A stretch of 63,822 nucleotides of DNA, counting the filler, from Octopus bimaculoides (taxonomy: Eukaryota), in assembly GCF_001194135.2 (NCBI RefSeq). It is 9 parts of 9 records of this genome, joined end to end, with 100 filler letters (N's around TTAATTAATTAA, not from the genome) between each part and the next. Parts side by side here need not be neighbours in the genome. Positions count along the whole stretch, not along the records: positions 13,939 to 33,497 come from NC_068985.1; positions 33,598 to 49,364 come from NC_068997.1; 7 more parts are not named here. One strand, given 5' to 3'. Below the pieces are notes generated by a model. The model made no database searches. It worked only from the letters and a program-made list of their open reading frames with translations, and was not told where the DNA came from. Made by a program: the position numbers and the translations under genes. Positions 23,480 to 37,926 of this stretch are shown here, in pieces. How positions within the stretch are numbered: the first letter of the stretch is position 1; each line of letters opens with the position of its first letter.

Positions 23480-24445
23480 GATTAAATTTATAGTTGTCCA
23501 TTATTTTATACTGCGTTACCAAAATCTTCAAAGGAAAACAAGCATGATTTTACAGACAGTAACAAAACAAAAAATATTTAGATGTAGCGTGTTACAGATG
23601 CAACACTATGTCACTTTGGACGAAAACAGTATTGTTAACTTTCATATTGATATTGCATCATTAAGAACAGCAATAAAATCGTGTCAATGCATATATAAAC
23701 AAAACAAGGAAACGATAGCGTTTTCTCTTTTGCCCTTGCGTCCAACAGCAACTATATTTTGAGAATAAGATGATAGACGAATGTAAAGAATTTTCTTTGC
23801 AAAACATTGTAAGCAAAATGTGTATTTGCAGTAGTTGTTTAAGCAAGTACGACAAAAAAAGGAAAGTTACATTTTGATGCTTCACCAACGGCGGTGACGG
23901 CTTCCCCATGTCATTTAGATACAAATTAACTGTAGTTCTCATTGATATGTTGGACAATACCCTGAAAAAGCATCAAAAATAAGTTATAGAACGGTGTATG
24001 TGTTTGTACGAATTGGTAACAATGTAACGTGAACTAGGGACAGCGCAATGTAAACAATTTTATGTAATAACCAACTCTGTTATATGTTTTAGACTAACAG
24101 AAGGATCGAAAGATCTGAAATACTTTCTAAAGGTAGACACCACTTCACAATGAAAAAAATAACTGCACTTGTGCATGTGGAAAAAAAGCCTTATGAAAGC
24201 AGTTATATGTTCCAAATGTGAAGAAAATTATTTCGGACCAACTGAAGATTCCTTAAGACAGCATATGTGAATCTGCGTCGAACACAAATTAAAATACGGT
24301 GAATAGAGACAAAAAGAGAATTGAGCGAAAATATAGATGTCTATGTCTTTAACATAATAACCAAATTTTACCTGCTATCACTTTAACGATTTCATCTCTC
24401 AAAAAGAACACATCATCAAAACTACAACCTTCATAAATTAATACT
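23480..24445 (+). mobile_element. Decayed Penelope-like element (RT plus GIY-YIG remnant)
   Basis: TLDENSIVNFHIDIASL and YKQNKETIA resemble the PLE RT motifs LVTMDVxSLYT and YKQxxGxAMG. At 24190-24440, VICSKCEENYFGPTEDSLRQH resembles the GIY-YIG C..C...YIGxT...LR.R motif. The region has many stops and frameshifts. Confidence 0.55.
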
Positions 24446-25224
24446 AATGACATGCCTGTAATTAAGAAAGGAAAATAGCTGTTGCCAACCCCAACATATT
24501 CGTTGCTGAAATTTAGTACCCCTAGTTATCCTGACAAAGCAACGACTACAATAGAAGCTAAGCTATCATATGTTGCTACTATTAGCCAATTCTGCTGTAG
24601 CTGCCAATTAGCATTCAGAATGGAAACGAAAGACCTCACGGAAATAACTTTTGTAAACAAAATCAGAGAAATTTCGGAAACTCTAAGATTAAGTTAACTT
24701 ATTTCATTTAGGTTTACAGCTTTTTTGTTAGCATAAATAGTTTGTTTTTTATAGGTTGAAACTGGTAGAAAAACTTGATAAACTATATTGCAATACTTTC
24801 TCACATTATAAAGATGATGACTTTTCAAATCATTTCCGTCTTTTACGGTTTTTCTATAAATTTGCACGTGTGAAATCTATTAGCGTTTTGTATGAATACA
24901 CACGATATTAAAATCTATACTGCACCTAAATTGAACTCTTAAAAATTCTGGCTTTGCTCTGTTCCAAAGTGTAATCTAATTCATAGATCGGTTCGGTGGA
25001 AGACAACTTGAAATCATTTGCTTTGTTGATTTTTGTTCAATTAATGAGAACACAAAAAATTCGATCGGAGATGGTGATTGGCTCGCGATTAATGAAACCA
25101 ATATATTGCCGACGTAGCATTTGGCTTATGGCAATACATGTTTGGAATGTTTGTCTACCAACACACGCACAAAATGCGCGCGCACATGCACACGGACACA
25201 CAACCAAGCCACACATACAAACAA

Positions 25225-25289
<65 letters not shown>

Positions 25290-25723
25290 CATTGCAACCT
25301 CATACTATCTTGTAAATACTTCGTGAAATTCAATAACCACGCTAGGAATGATATGGGTAAAAACACTGTTTATAGCATAGAGATGCAATAATGAATACTT
25401 ACATCAAAAATTTCATGCTAAAATCTAAATAGTTTCGTAGATAAATTTTTTATGAGAATCCAGATTTAACAGTGCAATATAGGAGCCATAAATTACTAGC
25501 AAATATAAATAATATATGTGTGAGTTAATGTGCGTGGATGTGTATGTACATATGTACATATGCATTATGCATGCGTGGAAATTTCTTCAGGATGTAGCTA
25601 TTTACTTGGGAAAATTGACGGCGGTAACCATTTACGTCCGTCTATTAATTAGATCAGGCCTTCTACCCAAGATTAGCAGAATGAAGCTGTGTGTAAATAT
25701 CTCTGAAATAGTAGGTGTCCAGT

Positions 25724-25733
<10 letters not shown>

Positions 25734-25795
<62 letters not shown>
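25734..25795. repeat. (GATA)n microsatellite
   Basis: It is a pure gata tract; another lies at about 52396-52455. Confidence 0.95.
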
Positions 25796-26314
25796 CATGG
25801 ATAAATAGATAAATAGATATATCGAGAAAGAGAGAGAGACAGAGACAGACAGACATGGTCACATAGAGATAAACAGAGACAGAAGCGAATCCTTTATGAA
25901 TCCTATATTAAGACGAATCCTATACGGCGTACTAAGTTTGTTTCTGTGTTGACACAAAATGTGCAATTCTGCAAAATGCATAGTATTAAATTCATTAACC
26001 CACTGAAAACGTTGAATTCCATAACTGATGACATTATCATAATTAAATACCCATCTATAGCATTTGTTTCGCTTTGCAATGACAATTTTACACAAATATA
26101 TATGGACCGACATAATATCTGACAAAAATATTTCTATCTTCGCTGCCACTTAAAACATTCTCATATTTCATTCTCATCGTAAATTCCATTGCCATTTCCA
26201 TTGTGCGTTTTTGTTGTGAGCCATATTTCTCCCAAATTCCACCTTTCGTTTTATGAAAAGAATGAACATATTAATTTCAAATTTATGGCACGATGACAGC
26301 ATGGCCATGGAAGG

Positions 26315-26488
26315 AGTAAGTCGGTTATATCAATTCCCAATGTGCAACTCGTACTTATTTTATCGGGCGCAAAACGATAAAATGCAAAGTCGACCTTAGT
26401 GGCATTTGAAACCAGAACGTAAAGACAGATGAAATGCTTGGAGGCATTTTGCGCGGCGTGCTACCTATTCTGACAACTTGTTGCCTTA
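26315..26488 (-). mobile_element. SINE family C, degenerate
   Basis: It contains gcaaagtcgacc...atttgaa.ccagaacgtaaagacaga.gaaatgc, the reverse complement of the family C core. Further copies lie at 9475-9640 (-), 37680-37808 (-), 49237-49365 (+) and 60417-60535 (-). Confidence 0.7.
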
Positions 26489-29101
26489 CAAAAACCAATG
26501 GACATATTGACACATGTGTTTGTTATAAATCTGGATGATACATTATGCGGATGATCAACTATAATGACTCATACAGCAATAATATTATAACAAAACAAGA
26601 GCATATATTTCTGGATGCGTGAAAACATAACGTGCATTGAAACAGTAGTTGGACTGCAATATTGTTTAATATAGTTATGTTGCTGTTGATCTGCTTAAAT
26701 TAGTATTTACCTGGAGGTGATTCTGTTTTAACTGCAAATACTTCCGAATGCAATTTCTAAAATATACAGACGCTTGTGTCATCACATAACTTTGGTTCTT
26801 TGCTTGTATCATTTATTATTGATGTGCTCGGAACATATGTCGTCTACTCAAGCATTTAATGTTCGATTAAAATATTTGTGTGCTGAAGACATATTTGTTT
26901 CGGCAAACATCTTAAGTATTTTTACTAGTACAAATGTATTACGGTAGCTGAAATATACCTTGTAGAAAAGTCTTTCAAGTTACTTTAGAGTTATTACCAT
27001 GCATGTTTGTAATCCCAAATTATACTGTACCAGATAATATTTCATTCAGTAATAGCAAAGTGGTTTTCAAGAGCGACTTCCTTTATATCCAGCAGGAATG
27101 ATTAGTTTCTTTATTAGCGTGTGCATGGATGTTTGAGTGTCGTCTCGTAAAGTATTCAAGAATTGCTTCTGGTTTGCAAGCACAAAGTGTACCGCTTCAT
27201 TGTAATTCTGCAAAAAGGTGTTTTTTCACTTAGAACACCAACTGTGTCGTTATAATTTCATAAAGTAGCGAAACAATTTTCCGTTGAAATATTTCAGTTG
27301 TTTTCTCGGTGCATGTTATGCTGCAGGTTTTCATTTAATACGATGCGTGCAACTAACTGCGCAAATGTCTCTATAATACTTTAATGTGACTTTTTGACCT
27401 TTCATCTCTCATGTTTTGTTTTGATTTTTGTTTTTTTTTCGCGTTCTCTTTCCTTTTTGACTTTTTACTTCGTCAGTGATTCTCAGCATTTATTTCTCTT
27501 TTGCAAGTCACGCACTTCAAACATTTATATTCCAGTGTCCGTGTTGTTTTAGTAGATACTTTTTTTTAAAAGATCTTATTCACAATCGGTGTTCCTTTCT
27601 AAATATATTTCTGTATAAATATTCATGAGTAACGTTCCCTGAATTACTATTTGCAATAGCATAGGATCATTTTCCCTTCTATTTCAGTGCTTACAGTAAC
27701 AATCGCATATGCTCAGTATTTTCCATTACAGATTCATCATGTGTGTTTGATCTCTCACCTATTTTCTCTACTTATTCAATTAAATAAGTGTGGGTGCTGT
27801 TTCCAAATGACATTATTCATCTACTCAACATCAGTGTTATTATTTCGTGATCCTTGTTCGACTACAGGCGGAAACCTGAAGCATAATTTCTGTATACTTT
27901 TCCGTGAAACAATGCTATATATGTTGTTCATTTTCCGGGAAACTGCTAATCACTCTATAAATTTATCTTCACTTAACTTCGTGATATGAGAAACTATTCT
28001 ATTTCTAGATATCCTTTTTCAACTTCAATTTATATTTTGACGTCTTATGTTCCTTATGATATAAATTGATATACAATTCGTAATATGTGTCCCAGTACTC
28101 GTTATGTTCATGTGCTATCTGTCACGCTTCAGCAAACAAACTGCCCGAACATTTCTCAAACATTATAAAGTATGTGATAATATTTGCCATTTCTCTCAGC
28201 AATCTTATGTTTTTTTTTTATGCTTCAAGTTATACTTATTTCTTTAAACCTAATAATACGTTGGCAAGTTTGTCCGGCTAAAAATTAAAGGGATTTCGTA
28301 GCATTTACGATAGCACCGACCATTCCATCACACCACGCAGTCGAAATGACAGCTGCATTTGGCCGAGGGCTCCTCTTGCACAATATGATTCCAATTATAT
28401 ACCCAAGCTGAATCTATAAAACATCTTCTAAACTCACACCACTGCTTGGCAACCGGTGCTACTGTGTTTACGTCCACATATCTTAGAAGTGCGACAAAAC
28501 CATGCCGAGAATATGTACCGGGGTCGATTTTTTTTTATTAAACACAAGGCAATGCTCCATCACGGACACATTCGAATGAGTTAAGAGAGGTAAAAGATAA
28601 AGTATAATTGTGCATGTGCGAATGTGATTATTCATCTTTTCACATACATACCATACTTCTCTTTAGTTTTCTTTACGGCTCTTTTATTGTGTGTTTTCAT
28701 TTTCTGGCTGATACATGTATTACATTTTTTATTTATCCTTATTTGTTATAGTTGTGAATTAAAATGTAATATATGAGAGAAATGCTTTTGCGTGTTTAGT
28801 GAATTGGGTTTGAGGCATGCAATAGCTCTTTTCTTCTCAAGTTTGTACTTTAAAGATGAGAAAATTTGCAAGTGCCTTGGAGCATATATAAAAAAATTGA
28901 CTACAAGGAAAGCGTGATGTTTTTAGTTACAATACGGAAGCCTATACAATTTATCAAGAATACAGGAACAGAAGTATGACACAAAGGGAGGATAAGAAAG
29001 ATGAATTGTGTACGAGAGAATGTGGAGTAAATAGGAAGACAGAGCGAAGTGAGAGAATTGTTTTTTTGTATTTGAGAGTATGTGTGTATGAGTGTGTGCT
29101 T

Positions 29102-29133
<32 letters not shown>

Positions 29134-32100
29134 TGGAAAGTGAATGAGTGATAGAGAGACGATCAGTGATACGTTAAATGTGAATCGGATGGTAAGAGGA
29201 AACGACAAATGAGAGTCAAATATTCAAAAATAAAATGAGATAACAAATGAAACAGCCAGACAAGATGTGAGAGCAGAATATAAGGAAGACTGGAAAGAGA
29301 ATTAAACAAATTATGTTTAACAAACCCCAAAAAGAATATATATATATATATATATATATATAAGATGAGAATATGTCTTTTGACTCCAGCAGTCCTTCTG
29401 AACTCACATATTTTCTTTTTTCTATTACTTTTGCTTCATAATATTCTGTGACCATGAACCTGTTTTTGTGCCGTTGATATATCAATATGGGAAGCCTATT
29501 GGCTTTGTGCCAAATATAGCATTTCTTCACTGACAAATGGCGACAAGGTTTGAAGAACAAAAAATCAACCTCCTTGTTATTATATATATTTGTGCATCTG
29601 TGTGTGTGTGTGTGTATGTGTGTATGTGTTTGCGTGCGTGTATGTGTTTGTGTGTGTATGTGTGTTTGTAAGTACTTCTTTATATTTGAATACCCAATAT
29701 ATAATACAAATAGTCACACGCATATTCCCATTTACATTGCTAAGTGATGGATATCTCAGCAGGTTCTTTACTTCACACGGTTTACATGGTTCTAATTAAG
29801 CCCAATTTGATAGAATATCTGATTAAAATTGCTAATAATGTTTCGCTTCTCATAAATATTTTGTGAATCAGCAGAAATTCTGTCTTTGCAAAATGCATCA
29901 ACACACTGCCCTATAAGTTTAATTATCTTCATTATGCTGCATTCTCACGTGCTTCCCCGTGACATTCTATGCAGTTTTGTCACGAAATATTTTCTTGATT
30001 TAATTCCATGCTATTCATTGCATTCCAATTTATAACTTTATGAAAACTTTAAATATCTGAATTTCTGCTAATGGACTAAATAAATGTTTATATCAGATAA
30101 GAGTGTAATTTTATCATTTTTGTTATTTAAGTTAACTCTTTATGTATAAAGATGCCTATTTATCGCAGATTCTTAAACTGATGTTTTATATTAATATCGA
30201 GTAATTTCTACCGTTCTGTTCGTAAAGTAATGTTCACTGAAAAATCAGTGACTGCATTACAAGATATACCATAACTAATTTGAGATATGTTCCCATAATG
30301 GTCTCATAGTGTACAAAGTTTCCACACGGCCAATATAATTAAGAAATCACATCACATTCTATCATCCGGAAATTTTGCTGAAAATATCTGAATAGACTGT
30401 GTGAAAGGTTATTTTTCGTTTATAGTTTCTTGAAAATTTTCTCTTGTAATAAGTTTGATTATAGTTGAATGTGAAGATAAATATTTTAATCTCCGGTTTT
30501 CTAAGCAGCTAGAATAATTATTCCTTCAATTACTTGTCACAAGATTTATACGGCAAGAAATAATTTATTCTCGTATAAAGCAATGTATAATAGATTATAT
30601 CTCACCATTGTAACTGTGTGACTCGTTATTAATATACTCACACTCATTAAATGACTGAAAAATGAACAAAATCATCAAGTAAAAGTGAAGTAGAAATATA
30701 TATTCATATCATTATTTAAAACATTCTTCGTATATCAATAGACTGAGAATATGTACTTGACATTTTCTCTGAATAGTTTAAAAACACATAAATATTACTT
30801 AAGTTCTTTATACTTTTCTTCATATCAAAATGACTGAGAAAACCTAGATTTCGACTTCACATAAACTTTGCTATGTACTTATTAGAAAATCTGCATCTTG
30901 AAATATGATTCTAATATAGAATGTGAGTAGACCTCATTTGGGAACGTATTACTGTGATGCAAAATATGTTCAACGCCAGAGTAAACATACTTAAACAAAG
31001 CGTGCATGAAATCCGTTTTCTTATTTCTGCATATGACACATTTTTCCAGACATAACTGTTATGTTCTTAAATTACATACCCATGAGAGAATGGGATCTAC
31101 TGAATCGATGGAAGTTTAACACTGTATATCGTGCTGGAAGTTTATTTCATTCGAATATTATTAAAAGAAATGGATAGTTTTCTTTATGATATTGTTTAAG
31201 TATTGAACAGCCATTCTTTCCGAATGAAAGAACGCGAAGACATTGTATCTCTGTAGATATCGATAGTGGAAAAAGCTGTTTACAGTATAATTATGAATAA
31301 CCGCTTATTAAATGTATATGAAGCTCCGACGGGTGTTAATGCGGTTTAATTCAGTATCGTGACTCATAAATGCTGGCAGTGATCCAAAACAGATACAATG
31401 GTTTGTATAGTTCAACATTGAGATGTTTATTGATAATGAAAGGCAGAAACTAACAGAGAAAAATCATTTAACTGTCTTTTCAGTTTTCACCTTCTCGTAA
31501 TATCTGTAATTCTAAAAATCCGACTGCTTACAGTATTTTTATTCTATTATTTATGCATATATTATTGCCTGTTATATATTTACAAAAGTCAAGGGTAAAG
31601 CGTCGACTGAATCCTTATAATGCCGAACAAAACCTCAAGGTGTGATGTCCGTTCTGTTTCTTTACATTGTGATTTCTAATATATTTTTAGTCAAGTTTTA
31701 CACACATCACTTCGGGGTCAAAAAAAATTCAAGTTCCTCTCGTGTTAAAAGGTAACCTGCATCGGGTAGCAGTCACAAGATGAGATGATTCTGAAAGATG
31801 AAATCCGCACCCACCCTGGCTCCAACGGCAAGTTAAATGAAGGATTCCACTGTACAATTGTGTTTCATTAATATTGGTAACATCAGATTTTATTTCATAT
31901 ACAAATACATAAACTGACATTCAGATATGAACACACACTCTTTCACACATAATGAAGTAACTAGAGAATTACAGTATTTAATATTAATTATACCAATTAA
32001 TTCAGTAATGTATTTTTGAATGTTACACAACTCTAAACTTATAGATTACACGAATTGCTATTAAATGAAAGATTGCCAGATATACTTAATTATTACGTAT

Positions 32101-32273
32101 CCCTGGAAGATCTACGTGTGTGAGCGTCCATACATCTCAGTAAAATTTTATGAGCAGTATTCAACCAGCATGAATAAAGGATGATTCCATTTGATAGCAA
32201 TAGAGCTGAAAAGGTGTATTTTGCTTTTAGCGAGGGAATTAACACACAATTACTAAAGGTTTTATATATAGAT

Positions 32274-32371
<98 letters not shown>

Positions 32372-32424
32372 CACAAGTAGATAAATATATAGATAGATAG
32401 ATAGATGCTGCAAATAGAGTTTCT

Positions 32425-33235
32425 TACAGAGGACCTGTGGCAATGGATGAGGCGGGGGTGACCGGAAGATAGAGACAGAAGCACTCATAAGCGCAGCTCA
32501 GGAGCAGGCGTGAAGGACTTAATATATTAAGTGCAGAATTGACAACGTTACTGATAGCGACAAATACAGAATATGTGGCGAGCGGGGTGAAACGGTATGG
32601 CACATTGTTAGCGAATGACCGAAATTGGCACAATGGAAATACAAAAGACGCCATGACAAATGTGGAAAGACTGATCTATTGGAAGCTCTGTGGAAATCAC
32701 GGCCTACAAAGAGCCAAGACATGGTATGAACCAACTCCAGAAGGAGTCACCGAAAAGGAGAACTGCAAAATCCAGTGTGATGCAATGATCTAGTTCAATC
32801 TCGTGTCCAGATATAGGAAGCGGGCATTGTTGTGAATAAAAAAGAAAGAACATGTATGATTATCGATATAGAATGCGCCGGTGACAACAGGATGAACGTG
32901 AATTAAGAAAAAATAAAGAACCTTTAAGATTTATAGTGGGAAATACGAATTCTGTGGTTAATGAGGAGTTTAGAAGTGATACCAATAGTAATTGGTGCGC
33001 TTGGAAGTATCAGCACACAACTACCAGCCTGGCTGAGAAAGATCGGTGCAAATGTGAAAGTAGAACACCTACAAAAGTCAGCATTGCTTGGAACTGCAAG
33101 AATTTTTCGCAGGGTTCTTTAAGCATGAGCAGTAAACTAGTGTCACCTCACTCTACTGGCTGTGGACAACTGAAACTTTACATCACACCCAGCAAAATAT
33201 GCAGTGAGCTTTGATATATTAATAATAATAATAAT

Positions 33236-33285
<50 letters not shown>

Positions 33286-33295
33286 TAATAATAAG
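32425..33295 (+). mobile_element. R4/Dong-like RLE non-LTR retrotransposon 3' end with (TAA)n tail
   Basis: Translation across stops and frameshifts gives ETEALISAAQEQA*RT*YIKCRID...YRICGERGETVWHIVSE*PKLAQWKYKRRHD (CCHC knuckle region). It continues LIYWKLCGNHGLQRAKTWYEPTPEGVTEKENCKI, then MIIDIEC, VIPIVIGAL and HLQKSALLGTARIFRRVL* (PD-(D/E)xK endonuclease). A ~100-bp 3' UTR and a (TAA)n tract start at 33221. Confidence 0.92.
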
Positions 33296-33956
33296 AAGAA
33301 GAAGAAGAAGAAGAACACCGGGGAAGTTTAACATGTGAGTACGATAAATCACTGCTCCGAAACTTATCCAAAAACATCGGAAATAAAGACATCGCATGGA
33401 GCCCTAATATAGCTGACAAAGGGTTGGACTATACCCGAGTAAGTAATACTCATTGAAATTTATTCCTATTTTTCCAAATATAATGATGTATTTTAACNNN
33501 NNNNNNNNNNNNNNNNNNNNNNNNNNNNNNNNNNNNNNNNNTTAATTAATTAANNNNNNNNNNNNNNNNNNNNNNNNNNNNNNNNNNNNNNNNNNNNAAA
33601 CTTACATAGGATTCTGAAATAAATAACTCCATGAATAAATAAATAAAGAAGTAAATAAATAACACGAAATAAACACAAAAAATGAAATTAAATATAAAAT
33701 AAAATAAAAGTGAAATAAACCAAAATAAGCCCTCCCTTGATGTCTGAACGGTGAAATTACAGGAGCTTAGTTGGCAGTACTGGTTATCTGTTGCATGACG
33801 CTTGGAGTCAGAAGACCTCTTTTGATGTAGGAATAATTCTGTCAAGAATCACTAGAATGAATTTTCAACAACAACAGAAAATCCCCCTCCCCCCACATCC
33901 CCGAAAACTATAAGCAAAACAACAACAGCAACTCCACCAATAACAACAACAACGGC

Positions 33957-34020
<64 letters not shown>

Positions 34021-34107
34021 TGGTGAGTGGCAAGCATGTTTATAGAGAAGAAAAATGAGTGACAAAGGTAGGTGGTGGGTTGACCCTCTTCTAATCTTGT
34101 TTGACAG

Positions 34108-34177
34108 GCTCTGCCGATCAAATGAAGTGGATAGGCTTGTCCAATGAAGAATTGAAGTTCATTGTTAAATATGCGTG
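34108..34177 (+). CDS. Best candidate internal exon (70 bp, phase 1 to phase 2) of an unidentified gene
   Basis: The acceptor is ccctcttctaatcttgtttgacag (CTAAT branch-like plus pyrimidine tract) and the donor is TG|gtaaat. Only one frame is open: (x)SADQMKWIGLSNEELKFIVKYA. It is non-repetitive sequence between microsatellites. Confidence 0.42.
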
Positions 34178-34642
34178 GTAAATCTCCTACACATGATTTG
34201 TTGATGTTTGGCCTCTTTGCGTATGTGTGTGTATGTAAGTGTGTGTGTGTGTCTGTGTGTAAGTGTGCGTGTGTGAATGTGAATGTGTATGTTTGTGCGT
34301 GTGTGTGTGTGTGTCTCTGTGTGCCTGTGTGCGCTCGCGTGTGTGTGTGTGTGTGTTTACGTGTATGTGTGTGTTAAATTATTTTCGAAATCGAAAAAGG
34401 GGAAAAAATACAATAGAGAAGTGTTGTTATTATTATTGCTATTTTTATATATCTTTCTTTTTATGATTTTAATTTAATTTATTACTACTATACAAAACGT
34501 CAAGCACGCATACTCTTACCTTTGTGTATATGTATGCATGTATATCTACATATTTGTAGATATATACCCATCCGTCCACATATATATGCATGCATATTTG
34601 TACGTATGCATTTGTGCATGCTTATGCACATATACAGCCATC

Positions 34643-34692
<50 letters not shown>

Positions 34693-35371
34693 TATATGTA
34701 TATACGTATGGATACTTACATATCACATATGCATATTTATGCATCAGAATAGGGATGGGAAGTGATTTAAAGGAAAAAGAGAATGAATTGAGGGAGAAAA
34801 TAAAAGTGCAATACATGTATGTGACTTTTTTTTTTTTTGTATTTTCATTTCATCTCATTTCCTCCTCACCCTGCCACTCCTTGGATATTTTCCCCTCTCT
34901 CTTACTGCTTCGCCACGTTTATTGTAATTTACCTTACCATTTAAAATCAGTGTACTTATAAGTATATATGTATATATGTATATGTGTGTGTGTGTGTGCA
35001 TGCATGTATGTATATGTATGTATGCGTGTGTGTATATATATGTGTGTGTAAGTGCGTGTATTTTAATGTGTGTGAGCATATGCATTTTTTTTATGCATGT
35101 GCCTTGCCCACTATGGCTACAATTGATTGACAAACAAATAAAATTTTAATTTTTAGTGATATTTATGTATACATATGTATGTATATGCGTGTGTTTGCGC
35201 GTGTGTATACACTACACACACATGCAAATCTATATATCTATACACACCATACACAAATTTACACACACACTGCACACACACACATATATATACATACATG
35301 TACATAAACAGTTATATACATTTATTTATACATATATACGCACATAAAGAAAAATGTATATGCATGTACGT

Positions 35372-35422
<51 letters not shown>

Positions 35423-35539
35423 TTCTGAATATTCATACATAGATACAATCTAGATTTCTAGCTTGCAAATACAACCAGCAGCGAAATTAAGTAACAGCCA
35501 ACCAGATGTTATGTAACGCCGAAATGTTTAAAAATCATT

Positions 35540-35800
35540 TATTTGTGGAGATCAGCTGCGCACATGAGATCAATGTGTAAAGAGAATTACAGGAGAGAGG
35601 ATATCTTTAGATTATTGATGAGGATCCGCCAAATCCAATCTCCATGAAACCCCCTCAGTTTTATATCCATTACTGCTGACGAGACTTAGTATGTTCTAAC
35701 CAATCTTGGTGATTACATGGCTTATCGCAGATCCTTGGAGAATGAATGCTTCTCTGGAATTCATACGCTGAAGATGATTAAATTATCTAGAGCAACAAAA
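35540..35800 (+). mobile_element. Possible hAT transposase remnant
   Basis: FISITADET* at 35660 resembles the hAT catalytic motif F(S/A)IxxDE(T/S)xD. The rest is decayed. Confidence 0.3.
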
Positions 35801-36059
35801 TTTTGTGAAAACTTCTGTATCTAGGATGAATGATTGCCCTATGGAAGATATGTTCTTTAAAAAAAATATTACCAGAACGTATATCGATGGTCAAAATAGA
35901 CATTAAAATACTAATCAGAAAGATACATATACCTAAATATATATGTACAAACATACATAGGTGCATGCATACATATATACTTAAATCCATACATGCGCAC
36001 ATACATAGAATGCAAGAGAACTTTAATAAAGAGTTTGCAAATACAGTACACAAGGTAGA

Positions 36060-36430
36060 CTTTCTAATTCATGTCTTATTATCGGAGAGACACGGCTGGA
36101 AACACAGGATCTTTGAGATAGAAAAGAAAAAGTAACATGTACGCTTATAGAGTACATCTGATATGAATATCTCTTCGAAAAATCAAAAGATAAAGGATAA
36201 ATTTGGACAACTTCTTCGAGGCCTCTAGCTTCTATACCCAGATTGTAAATTCACATTAACACCAATAACAACTGGCACATACCATCTTAGAAGGAAATGA
36301 TTAAGTGATTATCTGGAAAAGATTGTGTTTCCAGAAAAAGAAGTCAACCAGCTAATATGTTTACATCAAATACAATCTGTAAGCAGAGCAATAAAAATAT
36401 GCAAAACTTTTTTCAAGTTCAATATGTGAC
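36060..36430 (+). mobile_element. R4/Dong-like RLE endonuclease 3' fragment (second subfamily)
   Basis: It reads EKKKVTCTLIE...IKDKFGQLLRGL*LLYPDCKFTLTPI...DYLEKIVFPEKEVNQLI..QIQSVSRAIKICKTFFKF, the typical C-terminus of RLE elements. Confidence 0.75.
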
Positions 36431-37887
36431 ATACTTTTATTTTCTATATTCTAATGTTAGATCTTTTTATCCTAGCTAGAAACCAGATCTTCTTTTTATG
36501 TAATCACCAAATATATGGAAATGGAATGTAACAGCCGTAGGGATTCGGTTATTCTTCGGATGCACAATATATTTTCCGACTTTAATGCTACAACTGCCAA
36601 CCTTGTTATATATCTGGTTATTCTCCAGACCGCTTTCATTGAGAATGCATTTTATTCACGATTTTACTCATGTTTCTCTCAAAGTTTACTTAACCAAGCA
36701 GGGATTTGCTACAAAGAACTGGTTACGACATCAATAATTGAAGAAAACAATGTAAAAAAATGAAGCAAAACCTTTTCTAATTGTTGTTATAGAGAAATAG
36801 AGCCAGAAGGCATTCATGTTTCTGTGAACGTAAGTAAAACATTCGAGAAATTTAACATGAATTACGTGCATATATGCAGTCGTGGCTGTGTGGTTTAAAA
36901 GCTCAATTGGTAACCTCTCAGTTTGGTACAAGAGACAGATACAATAAGAAATAGATTTAAAAAAATAAAATAAGAACGGAGTCGAATTTTTTTCGACTGA
37001 AACTCTTAAAAGCAGTTGACCAGTATGGTTGCAGTCTCATTACTGATATGTAAAAGATATGTTAGCCAAACACCCAAATCCACACATGGTATAGCTTTCA
37101 TGTGTGCACGTCACATACACGAAGGCAAAATTACGTAAGTTCTTACATGTGTATCCATTCTAACAATGCGTCCTGCCCTAACTCTTCGAAACGCTTAGAT
37201 TTAGAATGGTGGTAGCTGATGAAGGAAATGTTCTCTATGTGGCCTGTGTGTTTTCTGTACTCTGTTTATTATTTTGTCCACATCTTGTTGCAACGTCCAG
37301 TACCCAGATATGTTGTCAATAAATGAATGAAAGAAATGAATGAATGAATAAATAAATAAATAAATTAATTAATAGGCGTGCCTGGGTGGTAAAAAGCTTG
37401 CTTACCAACCGCATATTTCCGAGTTCTATCCCACCGCGTAGCATCTTGCGTAAGTGTCTTCGGTTATTGCCTTTCGCTGACCATTTATTGACATTTTCCT
37501 CGAATCCTACGACTCACAAGAACAGTTACTCGACTTCCATGGCGTGTAAGTGACCGTGATTGCAACATTATTTTGAAAACGATGCCGGGCCGTTGCAAGA
37601 GTCCAAAGACAAGAATTTTGGAAAGGAGGAAACAAGTCGATATCAACAACAGCAGCTGCTTGACTGATACGCCTTTTACGGATACCAAAGGGAGGCAAGG
37701 CGAAGGCGATCTCAGCTGGATTACTTCTCAGAACCTGAAAAGCCGGAAAAAATGCGGCTAAGCTTTTTGTCCGACGCGCTAACAATTCTGCCAGTTCACC
37801 GCCTTAAGCACGTAAGTACATACACACATATTCTATCTTGCCGTTAGAAAATTACTCTTTCACTCTCTCCCACCGTTCTCTCTCCTA

Positions 37888-37926
<39 letters not shown>

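Noticed and set aside
26700-31100. Strand-skewed AT-rich sequence with faint LINE-like peptide echoes on the minus strand
   Set aside because: No motif was clear enough to support a call by eye; a profile search is needed.
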